64,000 nt of DNA from Octopus sinensis (lineage: Eukaryota). Positions 12,289 to 23,930 of this stretch are shown here, piece after piece. Both the position numbers and the translations under genes were made by a program. The notes beneath the pieces are model-generated. The model saw only the letters and a list, made by a program, of their open reading frames with translations, was not told where the DNA came from and ran no database searches. The DNA lies in contig NW_021832432.1 in the NCBI RefSeq assembly GCF_006345805.1, positions 704,377 to 768,376 on the forward strand. Reading direction: 5' to 3'. Every line of letters begins with the position of its first letter. Positions within the stretch are counted from its first letter, which is position 1.

Positions 12289-12774
12289 TAACGGAATTTT
12301 AAAGAAATTTCTATCGGCATGATTCGAGACGCATAAATTATAATGGTTATTGACAATTTTGTCTTTTTTTCGGCATATTTGGCATTAGAATTTTTCTTTT
12401 GCCCTTATTCTATAAGTTGTTTATAAATTTAACCTTTAAAGGTATTTTTTGATATGCTGGCCATTGATTAAATTTTTTTTCGAAAAAAAATTTTATTCTA
12501 CATTAGTTATATATATATATATATATTATATATATTACCAGCAATTCAGTTCATTATCAAAGATAACATCAATTCAACCGGTAACATCGCTCTCAATGAG
12601 AAACGGGTCATGACATTAAACAATAGAGCTTCTTGCTCTTGTTTGATGAAGCTGCGGTCATCCCAGCTTAGTCGTTCCAGAGACGTCATTATGCATAGAG
12701 TCGACCAGATCCACTGGTGCTCTACATCACTAGCGGTCCCGTGGCAGCTCTTCTGCATCTAGACCCTCTTGGGT

Positions 12775-13050
12775 CTGGCCTTGTCGTGGCGAGGGGGCCT
12801 TGTCATTACCGTCTGGAGCTTTGTTTCAGGTAAGGTCACCCTAGGCAGGTCGGTCTCCCGGTGAGTTCCAGACTGACGTTGACCCACGGTGCATCGGCAC
12901 GTCGCTGAAATGGCAGCCCCGTCATCCAACTATTCTGTGGAAGACCAACGAGCCAACTCAGAAGAACTCTGAGCCTGTTCCGACACCGACCAGAAGAAAT
13001 CAGACTGCTCAACATCGGGATCGGAACCCTGCATGCCCCGATCAACGAGA
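12775..13050 (+). mobile_element. RTE-clade LINE 5' UTR and ORF start fragment
   Basis: 'ccttgtcgtggcgagggggc...ggtcaccc...ggcaggtc...gagttccagact' resembles RTE/BovB 5' UTRs; followed by 'RLLNIG..TLHAP', similar to the endonuclease start IGTWNVRTL. Confidence 0.5.
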
Positions 13051-14019
13051 ACCAATACAGATATATTGGATTATACCAAACTACAGATCAAATGTTCTCG
13101 GTAGAGATTATTGGGCTGTTTGAGGTAGCCCAGTTAGATAATAGACATTTTCCTCTTTACCTTTTAATACCAGGACAACTTACACAATTTTTTCGCAGTT
13201 TGGTAGAATTTACAATATTTATTTAAATTCTCATAAAAGGAAATGTAATAAAACTGTGGCTATTATGTCTTCTATTCCTATGTATTCCAACTCCCGAGGA
13301 CAAATATTGGGGTTGAAAGAAAGATGTTTATGCTCACGGAGTGTTGAGAACTTATATAAACCTAGTTTTGGTCTTAAGACTTAACTATCTTTCATGCAAG
13401 TAATAACATTAAGCAAAATTAATTAAAACATTGTCATTCTTTAAATACGAAAGCTGCCTCAGAATATAATGCTTTAAATATAACGGAATTTCTTAACTAG
13501 CATCTCAATGATCTGCTTTATTTGGAGAGCTAAAGGATGGGATTACTGGTGCGGTTGATGCAGTGATTCTTAATTGGCAAGCATGATTATTATCTGAGGG
13601 CCTAGCATGCAAGAGGTTCCTGGTTAAATTTAATATAGGAAAGAAAACTGTTCACGCAAGTGGTAGAAAACAGTGATGTAATTTTCAATTCGTGATTCCC
13701 CAAAAGTAAATATTTTCAATATCTACATAAGATTTATACATTCCAAAATAGATAAAATATTATATTTGGATATCCAAAGATTTGTTCGATTGTAAATGAA
13801 TCAAACCAAGTTACAAAGTATCGGGATCTTAATCTGGCATTACATCAAAAGAAGTTTCGCACATTGGTAGTTTGAGCTCGTAATTTTGAAAATACCGAAG
13901 CCTCTTTTGAAATTGATCCAATAAGTTAAAACACACTCCACTATCGATTCTGATTTCTGTTCTTTCCTATAGAATTATATATATGATTTTGTCAGAATAT
14001 GGAATTTTTATAATAGATC

Positions 14020-14740
14020 TAAAATATGTTTTTGACTCCGTTGATGTAGCCAGAGAAATCGAGGTATACAGTACGCTGCCATTTTTCAGGTTTCGGGAAA
14101 CGTTTTTATTCAACTTTGTCTTTAATTGCCTTACTCAGAAAAGTTAAGTGGAATTCTGTTAGAAGACTTAAATGAATGCTCGTGCTGTTTTGCATCTGTT
14201 CTTAAGTGCGTTTCTCCTAAGTACCATGTAATAACATTGAGATGCAGTATTCTTCTTTCTGTCACTGGTTTGGAGTTCATGTGGGGAATTCTGGTTAAAT
14301 TCTGTAGTTGTCAGCTGGCGATTGGTGTGTGGGTTTTTGGTTGGGTATCTTATGTTGCGATATGAGGCCTGGGAAGCGATACTAACCAGGTAACGGTAGC
14401 TAACCTTAGCTTTGTTCTTATTTATTACTTTGAAGAGCGGCTTCAACCAAAATTGATTTTCTTTTAAGTAGAGATGTTTCTTATATATATTATATTATCC
14501 CCAAATCTATTTGTCTGTGTGACGAATATGAAGCTGCATGACTAAAGATACTTCTGTCAGATTACAAATTCTAATTATGCTGTCAATAAGGTTCTTAATG
14601 ATGGCTGAGTGAGGGCTACAAGTGTTGTGTATGTATTTAGTTTTCTCGTTTAGATTTATGTAAGCGTAGTGATTACCTGTATTCTGATTTAGTGTGATAT
14701 TTAAAAGTTAAACATATTTAGATTCGCACTAATGATGATA
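14020..14740 (-). pseudogene. Penelope-like element relic (RT thumb/linker)
   Basis: 'NITLNQNTGNHYAYINLNEKTKYIHNTCSPHSAIIKNL' (cf. FLDVTLNL..Y.PY.KPN...YIH..SNHP..IIKNL) and 'KVINKNKAKVSY'. Confidence 0.6.
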
Positions 14741-14744
14741 TTGA

Positions 14745-14935
14745 TTTCAAATTTTGGCATATGGCTAGCAAGTTCGGGGAACGGGCTGAGTCGATTACAT
14801 CGACCCCAATACTCAATTGGTACTTATTTTATCGACCCCGAAAGAATGAGAAGCAAAATGGACCACGGCGGAGCTTGAACTCAGAGCATTAAGACGGGCA
14901 AAATGCTGTTAACGGGTCTGCCAGCTCGCCGCCTT
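14745..14935 (-). mobile_element. SINE family B (short tail)
   Basis: Reverse complement of 'aaggcggcgagctggcaga...ctgagttcaa...ctttcggggtcgataaaataagtacc...ggggtcgatgtaatcgact...gccaaaatttgaaa'. Confidence 0.85.
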
Positions 14936-15330
14936 CGAGTTAACGATAATATTCTATTCCTTCCATGTATTAATTAATTGAATTATTTTCTAAATTTATT
15001 TGGCAGTGCTCATAAAACTGTAAAAATCGCCATCCCTATAATTTATTGCTTTTGGGATAATTCGTTTGATGAGGGGGTCTCAAGTAACACTGGAATTTAA
15101 GGCGTTCCAGCTATTCAAGTCTCACCATTTTTATATCAAGGACTACACTATCCAATGCTTCATTATTTTAAGACTGTAGAACATGAGTTGAGGGAAATCA
15201 GCTGCTATTTCTAGCAGATAACGTGATTTTTTGGCCATCCTGCATTGATATGGTTACATAAATGGTAGTGCAGGCGACTGAATTGTGTTAAGGGACGATG
15301 TGTTGGAAGTATTTTGCTTTGTCATCGACA

Positions 15331-15607
15331 TCTCTATATATATAAAACTGAGAATGTCTGTCTGTCTGTCTGTGTGTTTCCCTAAAACTTGAGAACTACA
15401 CAACCAATTTCATTCAAATTTTACACATGCCTTACTTAGGGTCCGGGGAATGTTATCGGCAAAAAAATGTTCAGCTTCTTGCCTAGGGCGAGCCCATAGC
15501 AATATCATATCTTCTCCACTATTTCAGTATTACGTGTTAAAAGTGAAGCAAAAACATTTCTCTATTTTATGTCAGATGCTTTCACTTTAACAATAAAAAT
15601 TAGAGAT
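15331..15607 (+). mobile_element. Non-autonomous Helitron-like 5' fragment
   Basis: A|TC start 'tctctatatatataaaactgagaatgtctgtctgtctg', then 'caaccaatttcattcaaattttacac', typical of small Helitron/HINE 5' ends. Confidence 0.55.
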
Positions 15608-15609
15608 AA

Positions 15610-16615
15610 CTAGCAGAGATAGCCGGCGTTGCCCGGTTACATTCAATTGAAGAATTAGACTTTTCTGTTATATTTTCTGAATGAACTGGAATAGCTATGT
15701 TTCAAATTTCATCAAAATTGCAGATGGGGTTTATTTCCCTCTTTACACACCCTAAAAAAATTGTAATCGTGCCACATGGAAACCAAAAGACGAATGATCA
15801 CAATAAGCAGTCAGTTACCCTACCCTAGTCGTTACCACTCCCAATGTAGGATTCCTCACCATCCAGGTGACAGGCACAGCCGTAAGATGCATTACGATTC
15901 TATAGCAATTGAAAGGGCGTGACCCAACTGAAATCAACATTAACAACTGTGTGACGTGAGGGCTTAGGAGAAATTAAAGTGTCACCTCTGGAGTTTGCAA
16001 ATGACCAGTATACTGATACGTAACTGGACAGAATGAATTTAAAATCTATAAATGTCTTTGAATAACCAGTCACTCATCTGGGAAGGCCTTGTAATCAATG
16101 TTACCATCTGGGGACTATGTGTGACCGAGTGATAATAAAAAGACTGAAAGGAGGTCTGCAATCAAGTAACTTTACTCAACACTTTGAAACTGAATCAGTG
16201 GAGACAAAGATGCCTCTCAATTTATGCACCACATTGCAGAAATCACAATGTAAGTGTATGTCAAAGCAAACTGTTACACTGTTGTACCATTGAATTAGAA
16301 ATAATGCCCAACTTTTATGCTCGGGTAACCCTACAGCTTCCAAGAGCACAGCTGTATTCGCTTTTGCTTAGATAAAATGACAAAATTGTGGGTGTTAAGT
16401 CCCCATGGAGGGGTCTTTCTAACTTTGTAAGAAGATGAAATTTTATAAATATCACTTCATTTTTGTCTAATATCTATGGTTAAAATTTCATCAACAGCAA
16501 AAATATATGAATTGTCATGGGGGTTATGGCCCTTATGCATAGAATATAATTTCCAAATTTCATAAAGATCCATTCAGTACTTTTGATCTAGTTTTGGATC
16601 ATAAAAGAATTACTA

Positions 16616-16646
<31 letters not shown>

Positions 16647-16647
16647 A

Positions 16648-16686
<39 letters not shown>

Positions 16687-16700
16687 TATATATATATATA
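15610..16700 (-). mobile_element. Non-autonomous Helitron-like element
   Basis: Minus-strand 3' end 'ccgggcaacgccggctatctctgCTAG|T' (GC hairpin + CTAG); internal recurrent 'aaatttcat' motifs; 5' end obscured by (TA)n/(TAGA)n. Confidence 0.6.
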
Positions 16701-16729
16701 GATAGATATAGATATAGATATAGATATAG

Positions 16730-16766
<37 letters not shown>

Positions 16767-16769
16767 TGT

Positions 16770-18598
16770 AGCCTGACCCATGATGTTGGTCTTCTTGAGG
16801 CTGATAAATAAGCCAAAGTTGCGACATGCTTGCTCAAAACAGATGATGAGCCTTTGTAGGGCTTCTTCTGTGTGTGATACCAGAGCGGCACCATCAGCAA
16901 ATAGCATCTCCTTGATCAGGACGCTTCTGATTTTGGTCTTGGCACGCAGACGCGAGAGATTGAACAGTTTCCCATCACTTCTACTGTGCAGAAACACTCC
17001 ATCATCTGATGTCACAAAGGCATGTGACAGCAGCAGCGAGAAGAAGATGCCAAATAATGTAGGAGCAAGGACACAACCTTGCTTTACCCCATTTTTTATT
17101 TGGAAGGCGGCTGATGTTGAACCATTGTGCTGTATGGTGCCTTGCATATCATCATGGAAAGATGTGATGATCCTCAGCAGCTTTGGTGGACATCCGATAT
17201 TTTGGATCAGGATGAAGAGGTCTTTTCTACTTACCAAGTCAAAGGCCTTTGTCAGATCAATGAAGGCCATATATAATGGCATTTTCTGCTCTCTGGACTT
17301 CTCCTGAAGTTGGCGTATGGAGAATATCATGTCAATAGTTGATCTGCTTCTTCTAAAGCCACACTGCGATTCTGGATAAATTCGAGAAGCAAGCAGTTGC
17401 AGCTTGGACAGGATAATGCGAGCAGAGGCCTTTCCAACAGTGCTTAGAAGAGATATTCCACGGTAATTGTTACAATCACCATAGTCACCTTTGTTTTTTT
17501 AAAGCGTAATGATGTTAGCATCCCGCATATCCCTATTCCCAGCACTGACACAGAAGCTCAGAAATTTGCCGAAGCAGGATGGTGTTTTTGCCGGTTTTGA
17601 TGATCTCTAAGGGGATGCCGTCTTTTCCCGGAGCCTTGTTACTTGCTAGGGAGTCAATAGCCTTGGTGAGCTCTGCTATAGATGGCAGACTGTCAAGTTC
17701 ACACATGACTGGCAAGATCTTGACACCCTCGATTGCAGCCTCAGCTACCGTGGACTCTCGTGAGTAGAGATCCTGGTAGTACTCCACCCATCTATCCATT
17801 TGCTTGCTTTGGTCCTTGATGAGATCTCCAGTAGTTGATTTCAGAGGGTCTGACTTGGTTGCGGATGGACCGAGGGCCTTCTTAAAACCGGCATACATCC
17901 CACGGGTGTCCCCACTGTCAGCAGCTGACTGGATACTCTGACAGTTTCCTGCCAATACTTATTTGCACAGCGTCTGACAGTCAGTTGGGTTTTATTTCTT
18001 GCCTTTCTGAGTTCTTCGAGTGACTTTATAGAAGAATCACTCTAGTATTACATCAGAGCTGCACGCTTTGTTTCGATAACTGTTTCCAGCTCTGAGAGCC
18101 CAGCACTGAAAAAAATCTGGGTTTTGCCTTTCTCTCATGCCGAAAGTATCTATTGATGTGGTATACAAAGCTTCCCTGATATAATTCCACCAACTTTCAG
18201 CAGAGGTGGTTGGGCAGCTACTGAGGGCAACTTTGATAGTAACAGCAAAACATTGTCGCAGTGTAGGGTCGGAGGTTCTGGCAGTGTTAATGCGTGGTTG
18301 GCCCATTTTCTTGGATTGATGGACTTTTTAGGCAGAATCCTCACCCTGCTTCTTATTAGTGAATGATCTGTGTCACAATCCGCGCTGTGGTAACTACGAG
18401 TCAGTTGAATAGAATTCAGAAAGGGTCTTCGTGTAATGATGAGATCCAGCTGATGCCAGTGGTGAGATCTTGGATATCTCCAAGATGCCTTGTGGGATGT
18501 CTTGTTGGCAAAGAATGTGTTAGTGATGCACAGGTTATGGTATGTGCAAAATTCAAGTAGTCTCTGGCCATTGTCATTTATGTTGTCAATACCAAAAC
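16770..18598 (-). pseudogene. RTE-clade LINE internal fragment (APE endonuclease C-half + RT), inactive
   Basis: 'NDNGQRLLEFC..HNLCITNTFF...SWRYPRSHHWHQLDLII...DCDTDHSL', 'KAPGKDGIP', 'AFIDLTKAFDLV', 'NGVKQGCVLAPTLFGIFF', catalytic motif degraded to LFADG; frameshifts and stops; both ends lost in microsatellites. Confidence 0.95.
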
Positions 18599-18698
18599 AC
18601 ATACACTTACATATATACATACATATATATATACGATCGATTTGTTTCAGTTCCTGTCTGCGAAATCCATATATATATATATATATCCATATATATAT

Positions 18699-18766
<68 letters not shown>

Positions 18767-19520
18767 TATATATATATACATACATACATATATGCATACA
18801 CACACATACATACATATATATTTGGAATTTACAAAAGAAACGAACAAAAGACGAAGACGGGTGTGTAAACAGCAAACAGGTTTATTAGTTTAACGCTCCG
18901 GACTTAGGAAAATTTATATAGAGAGTACTACTAATTTTAAAGTTAGATATAGGGGACACAAGAATTCATTTATTCACCCCTATATAAAAAATTACAGACA
19001 TTTTAGTATGTTGTAAGCATAAATATTTAGCGTCTTATCATTTTCTTAAACTTTAAAATATAATTTTTTAGAATATAAGAGCTTTTTGAAAATACGGTCC
19101 AATTAGATCATTAGATCCAATGAACACTTATGCACAAACCTGTAATCTTAAATTATTTTTTTATAGTAGAGAGTGGAATATTCCCATTAGCTATTATTTG
19201 CATGATTAACTAAAGTTAACCTTTCAATGAATTTCATTTCTTATTTAAACGTGGTAATCCTCTTGAAAATCTGTCACTTATTCATCGATACTCAAAAACC
19301 GAACTGTCACCAACTGAATACTCACCATGTAGTGCCTTAATGCTCTTTGCTGGATTTTACCTTGAGAAAGGAACCCTGAGGAAGGAGGGCTGAATTTCGA
19401 ATACTTCGTACAACCACTTTTCTGAAACGGCTGCAGGTTAGGAAAAAAATTTTAATCGCCTCTTTCAATTTAGGTTTTTATTTTTCATGTTTATATTCGT
19501 ATTTCACTGTTATGTTTATA

Positions 19521-20103
19521 TTGGGTTGTCCGGAAAGTTCGTTCCGATTTTTAAAGGAAAGTAATGGTCACTAAATACTTGCCATTACATTTTTAATGAA
19601 CCAAATCTGAACCATTTCGTTGCACAATACGTCTCCATCTTTCCTTTACCTTGAAAATACCCTCTTCCCAGAATTGGGGTGGTTTCAAGGCAAAGAATTC
19701 GTCAAGGTATCTTTTTACATAATATTATCTTTTTACATATCTAAGGAATTGAAATTTTTACCATTATGACTTTTCTACAGAGACCTGAATAAGTGGATAT
19801 CCGAAGGAGCAATATCTGGGGAATAGGGAGGGTGGGGGTAACACATCCCAGCCGAGCTGCAGCAATTTTTGTCTGGTTCTCAAAACATCAAGTGCCGAAA
19901 ATTAACTTTCTCATCTTTTATTTTAAAGGGTTACAGAATTAACACAGGTTATAGGAATATAAACCTTATTCCACGAAAAGATAGCTTAAACTGTGCTCTA
20001 AATGGAGGTGTAGTCAAATCCTATTTTATAGACTCAAACATGTTCTAAAATAAGTCGAAAGATAAGCTACTATAAATCGGCATGAACTTTCCGGACAACC
20101 CAA
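19521..20103 (-). mobile_element. Internally deleted mariner element
   Basis: TIRs TTGGGTTGTCCGGAAAGTTC.. / ..GAACTTTCCGGACAACCCAA; left TA; residual 'HPPYSPDIAPSDIHLFRSL...RYLDEFFALKPPQFWEEGIFKVKERWRRIVQRNG'. Confidence 0.9.
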
Positions 20104-20350
20104 TTATTCTATATTTTTATCATGAAACTCTTAACATAAATATGTGTATATTCGTATGGAATAATACCTCATGTGCTACATCTGAATTTTCTTGTCTGAA
20201 TGTTTTAAGACAAATATCCGAAATTTTTATTGTATATCACATTTTATTAATACTTAGCTCATATACGGAGACAAAAATGTTGTACTATATACTGCAGGTT
20301 ATCTCCATTAAAATTCTCGTATAATATACATTATATATATATAATATACA

Positions 20351-21077
20351 TACTGGCGAAAATAAATTTAAGACCGATGATAAGAGTTCTATTTCTTACA
20401 AAATATTCTGTTACTAGTCCTTTGCCGATCTTTATATTGACCAGTCTCCGAGTATAACTTCCACGCTCGCACGTAAGCTGGTTTACTGCACTTTAGTTGC
20501 TTGCTGATGTTCGAAAAGGAAACTTTTTGCTGTAATATACTATTTTTGCTCTCGTGACTGGACTAAGGCTACGTTGTTTTCCCATTATTAATAAATTGTA
20601 TAATAACATTAAATTATAACTTTATATGGTGCATTTAGGCTCGTTGTGTGACCACCCATTTTGGCCAAAAAAATTGCATACATATTACATGGTCTTAAAC
20701 TAATTTTGCCGGTAAATTTGAAACGTTTATATTACGTTCTGAGTTCAAATTCCGCCGAGGTCGACTTTGCCTTTCATCCTTTCGGGGTCGATAAATTAAG
20801 TACCAGTGACGCACTGGGGTCGATGTAATCGACTTAATCCGTTTGTCTGTCCTTGTTTGTCCCTTCTATGTTTAGCCCCTTGTGGGCAGTAAAGAAATAT
20901 ATATTAATTTAGCATTAGAATTCTTCAAGTTGTATAAAAATTGTTTGCATCATTCGAAAGAGAAATAAATTTTGCATAAGGTGTAAAAGATATAGATAAT
21001 GTGTATGGTGTTAGTAACAAAATATTTTGTAAGAAATAGAACTTTTATCGTCGGTCTTAAATATATTTTCGCCGGTG
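20351..21077. mobile_element. Tc1/mariner-type MITE with ~65 bp TIRs, carrying a SINE-B insertion
   Basis: 'tactggcgaaaataaatttaagaccgatgataagagttctatttcttacaaaatattctgttacta' is the inverted match of ~21012-21077; TA context. Confidence 0.85.
20732..20898 (+). mobile_element. Headless SINE-B (long tail)
   Basis: 'ttacgttctgagttcaaattccgccgagg...gtttagccccttgtgggcagtaaagaaat'. Confidence 0.9.
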
Positions 21078-21085
21078 TATATATC

Positions 21086-22243
21086 TCAGGTCATCCCATA
21101 AGTTCTGTCCGAATTTTGGATAAAGAATCCAAGTAATCAAATGTTATATGTAATTGAAAGTTAATCATCAATGTACTTTCCCTGATTATCTATGACTTTC
21201 TTCCATCTATTTACAAGCTTTTTAATCCCATCAATGTTAAACTCTTTTGCTTTCAAAGCGAAGAACTCTGAAACGTCAGTTTCGACTTCCTCCTGGCTTG
21301 CGAAAGTTATGCTTCCCAAATGATTCTGTAAATTACAAAACAAATGGTAGTCTAAAGGAGCAAGGTTGGGAGAATTATGTGGATGAGGAATTTTTTCCCA
21401 ACCAAGCCCTTCTATCTTCTGTGATGTGATCTTTGCAGTGTGGGGTCGCGCATTGTCCTGATGAAACATCACTTCTTTTCGATTCACTAAAGCGGGTCTT
21501 TTTTCTTCAAAGCTTGGTTCAAACGCGCTAATCGCTGACAGTAGACATAAGCAATGATTGTGGCATTAGGTGGTAACAATTCAAAGTGAATTACTCCTTT
21601 ACAATCCTACCAGATAGAGAAAAGAACCTTTTTTCCATGAAGTTCCCTGCTCGGTTGTGGTTGAGCTTTTTCCCTTTTACCAAGCCACTGTTTACGACGT
21701 TTAACATTTTGATAAAAGATCCAAGTTTCGTCACCAGTCACAAGTTGTTGAAGATAACGATGAAAAGTTGTATGGTTTGAACTAAGCTTTATTGCCAATT
21801 CTTCAACTGATAATGCAGGATTTTCTTCAAGTAATGCCCCAAGGAGCTTATTATCAAACTCGACTGGACGTCCTGTTCGATCTTCATCTTCGAGTCTGAA
21901 ATCTCCACTTCTGAAATTTGCAAACCATCTGCAAGTTCTTTCATTCAAGCATTCTTTCCTATAAACTGAGTATATGTTTCGAGTCGCTTCGGCAACAGAG
22001 TTCCTTTTTTTGTACTCATAAAGCATTATGAGCCTCAAATTCTCTGTGGATACTTCTATGTTAGAAAGGGTTTTAATCAAAGAAATTTTAATTCTATTAT
22101 TCTGTAAAATGATATTTAATTAGTTTAAATGTACACAAATGCATAAAAATAATTTTAAATTCCATTAGATATTCTAAAATACTATTAAATTTCATTCAGT
22201 TTCAAAAAAGGTAAAATCGGGCAGAACTTATGGGATGACCTGA
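21086..22243 (-). mobile_element. Near full-length mariner (DD34D) transposon with decayed transposase
   Basis: TIRs TCAGGTCATCCCATAAGTTCTG.CCGA / TCGG.CAGAACTTATGGGATGACCTGA|TA; ORFs 21607-22080 (HTH, VTGDETW) and 21161-21487 (FHQDNARPH, HPHNSPNLAPLDYHLF). Confidence 0.95.
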
Positions 22244-22586
22244 TATTTATATATTATATTATATTATATCATAAAATAAGCAAGATATTTTAAACTTTTA
22301 AAAATAAACATACGTTATATATTTATACATCTATCTATTAATATGATTTTATTAATATAATATAATATTATATAATAATATATTATATTAATATAATATA
22401 ATATTATTTTCGACGTATATCTTCAGTGATGATTTTTTGATCCAATTTTCCCGCTCTTATTTTATGATATAATATACATTCGCTCATATTAAATGTCTAA
22501 ATACCTTTAATGTTTTAGACATTCCCTACCAAGAACACTTACAAGAAATTCAGTATATTGTATTCTCATAGAATATATTTGATTAA

Positions 22587-22620
<34 letters not shown>

Positions 22621-22658
22621 GTGGCTAATTCGCAATTTTACAACCTAAAGTCAGAAAT

Positions 22659-22751
22659 ATGTACGTCACTAAAGTGAACAAGGGCACAAATTAGCTCCAG
22701 TATTTCTAGCAATACTGGTGCTGATTAGCGTCTTTGTTCACTTTAGTGACG

Positions 22752-22756
<5 letters not shown>
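22659..22756. repeat. Palindrome (~46 bp arms, 6 nt loop) within (TA)n
   Basis: 'acgtcactaaagtgaacaa...ccagtatt tctagc aatactgg...ttgttcactttagtgacgt'. Confidence 0.9.
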
Positions 22757-22814
<58 letters not shown>

Positions 22815-22842
22815 TTTATATGTATGCATGTATGTATTTATG

Positions 22843-22894
<52 letters not shown>

Positions 22895-22897
<3 letters not shown>

Positions 22898-23930
22898 TTC
22901 AGCTATGTAACAGCTGTTGCCATGCTGTTGACGATTTCGTTTCCTTTTTGGGACTTTCCCCTTTCTCCCTTCCGACGAAGAGCTATGCTCGAAACATCAA
23001 AAAGTCTCTATTTTTACTTAGCGTCAAACATTCCTTGTGAACATCCTCTTGTCTGTTTTGTTAATTTTATTGTTCATTTCTTTGATTGGACATGAATATA
23101 TGGTTCACTAAAGAACATCCCGACAGCACTGGATTCCTATCGCTGCTCGGCTTCCAATTGAAAAGAACGGAAAACGAGAGATCCGTACCGAGTTCTACAG
23201 GAAAGCAGCTAGTAGAGATATGCTTGTTCATTTCAATTCAGCCCTTCCACTCGGTGCCAAAATAGGATGTGCCATAAATGAAGTTACACGCATCCAGAGC
23301 AAGTGCGTGCAGCAGGACAGTGTACAGAGCACACCACACGCTTCCTAGAGGTATTGAAAAATCAACGGGTATCCTAAATCCACTGTGAATAGGCTTAAGT
23401 ACCCGAGACGACAAACACGCCAAATACACAGAAAACCCAGCAGCACATGCTTCCTTGAAATATCCCTTTTTAGCGAGAGGATAACTACAGCCATCTGAAG
23501 AGCCATAAAAAGAAAAGGATTAGACATACAACTAGCTCACTCTGGCCCCACTCTGAGAAGACACCTAGAAAAGAAACGATCAAGGGATAGCAATCAGTGC
23601 AGACTAGCTAACTGCCCCGTCCATGCAACAGATTTATACCAACTGGTACATGTTGAATATCGAATCCAATGTAACAGATGTAACAATTTCTACATGGGTA
23701 GCACAAGACCATAACACATTCGCATCAAACAGCATCTAAACACACGAGCCTCCTCCTTCAGAAAACACTTGGACAGATGCTGGAACACGGACAAAAACAA
23801 AGCCATTACAATTCAGGCCAATTACAGAAAATTAGGGAATTTATGAATTAAAGAGGCTATCCTCATAGGCAGACTAGGGCTCCAGATTAACAACAGCTTG
23901 GAAATTAGCATTCACTATCTTATTTAGCAA
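22895..23930 (+). mobile_element. Penelope-like element: pLTR fragment + thumb/GIY-YIG relic
   Basis: 'EFYRKAASRDMLVHFNSALP..K', 'KINGYP', 'YRIQCNRCNNFYMGST', 'RIKQH', 'IKEAILI...IN'; upstream hammerhead-like CCGACGA-a-gagc(tat)gctc-GAAAC at 22972-22995. Confidence 0.8.

Noticed and set aside
13590-13635. tRNA-Ala-like fragment 'ctagcatgcaagaggttcctggtt'
   Set aside because: Too short and degenerate; no A box or stems.
16635-18875. Intact, active RTE ORF
   Set aside because: Several frameshifts and stops, FADG instead of FADD, and both ends missing.
19370-19420. CTGAGGA...GAAT hammerhead-like string
   Set aside because: GAAA box is broken and there is no helix I complementarity.
22400-22430. 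Minus-strand CTGAAGA...GAAA hammerhead
   Set aside because: No proper helix II after the core and no helix I pairing.
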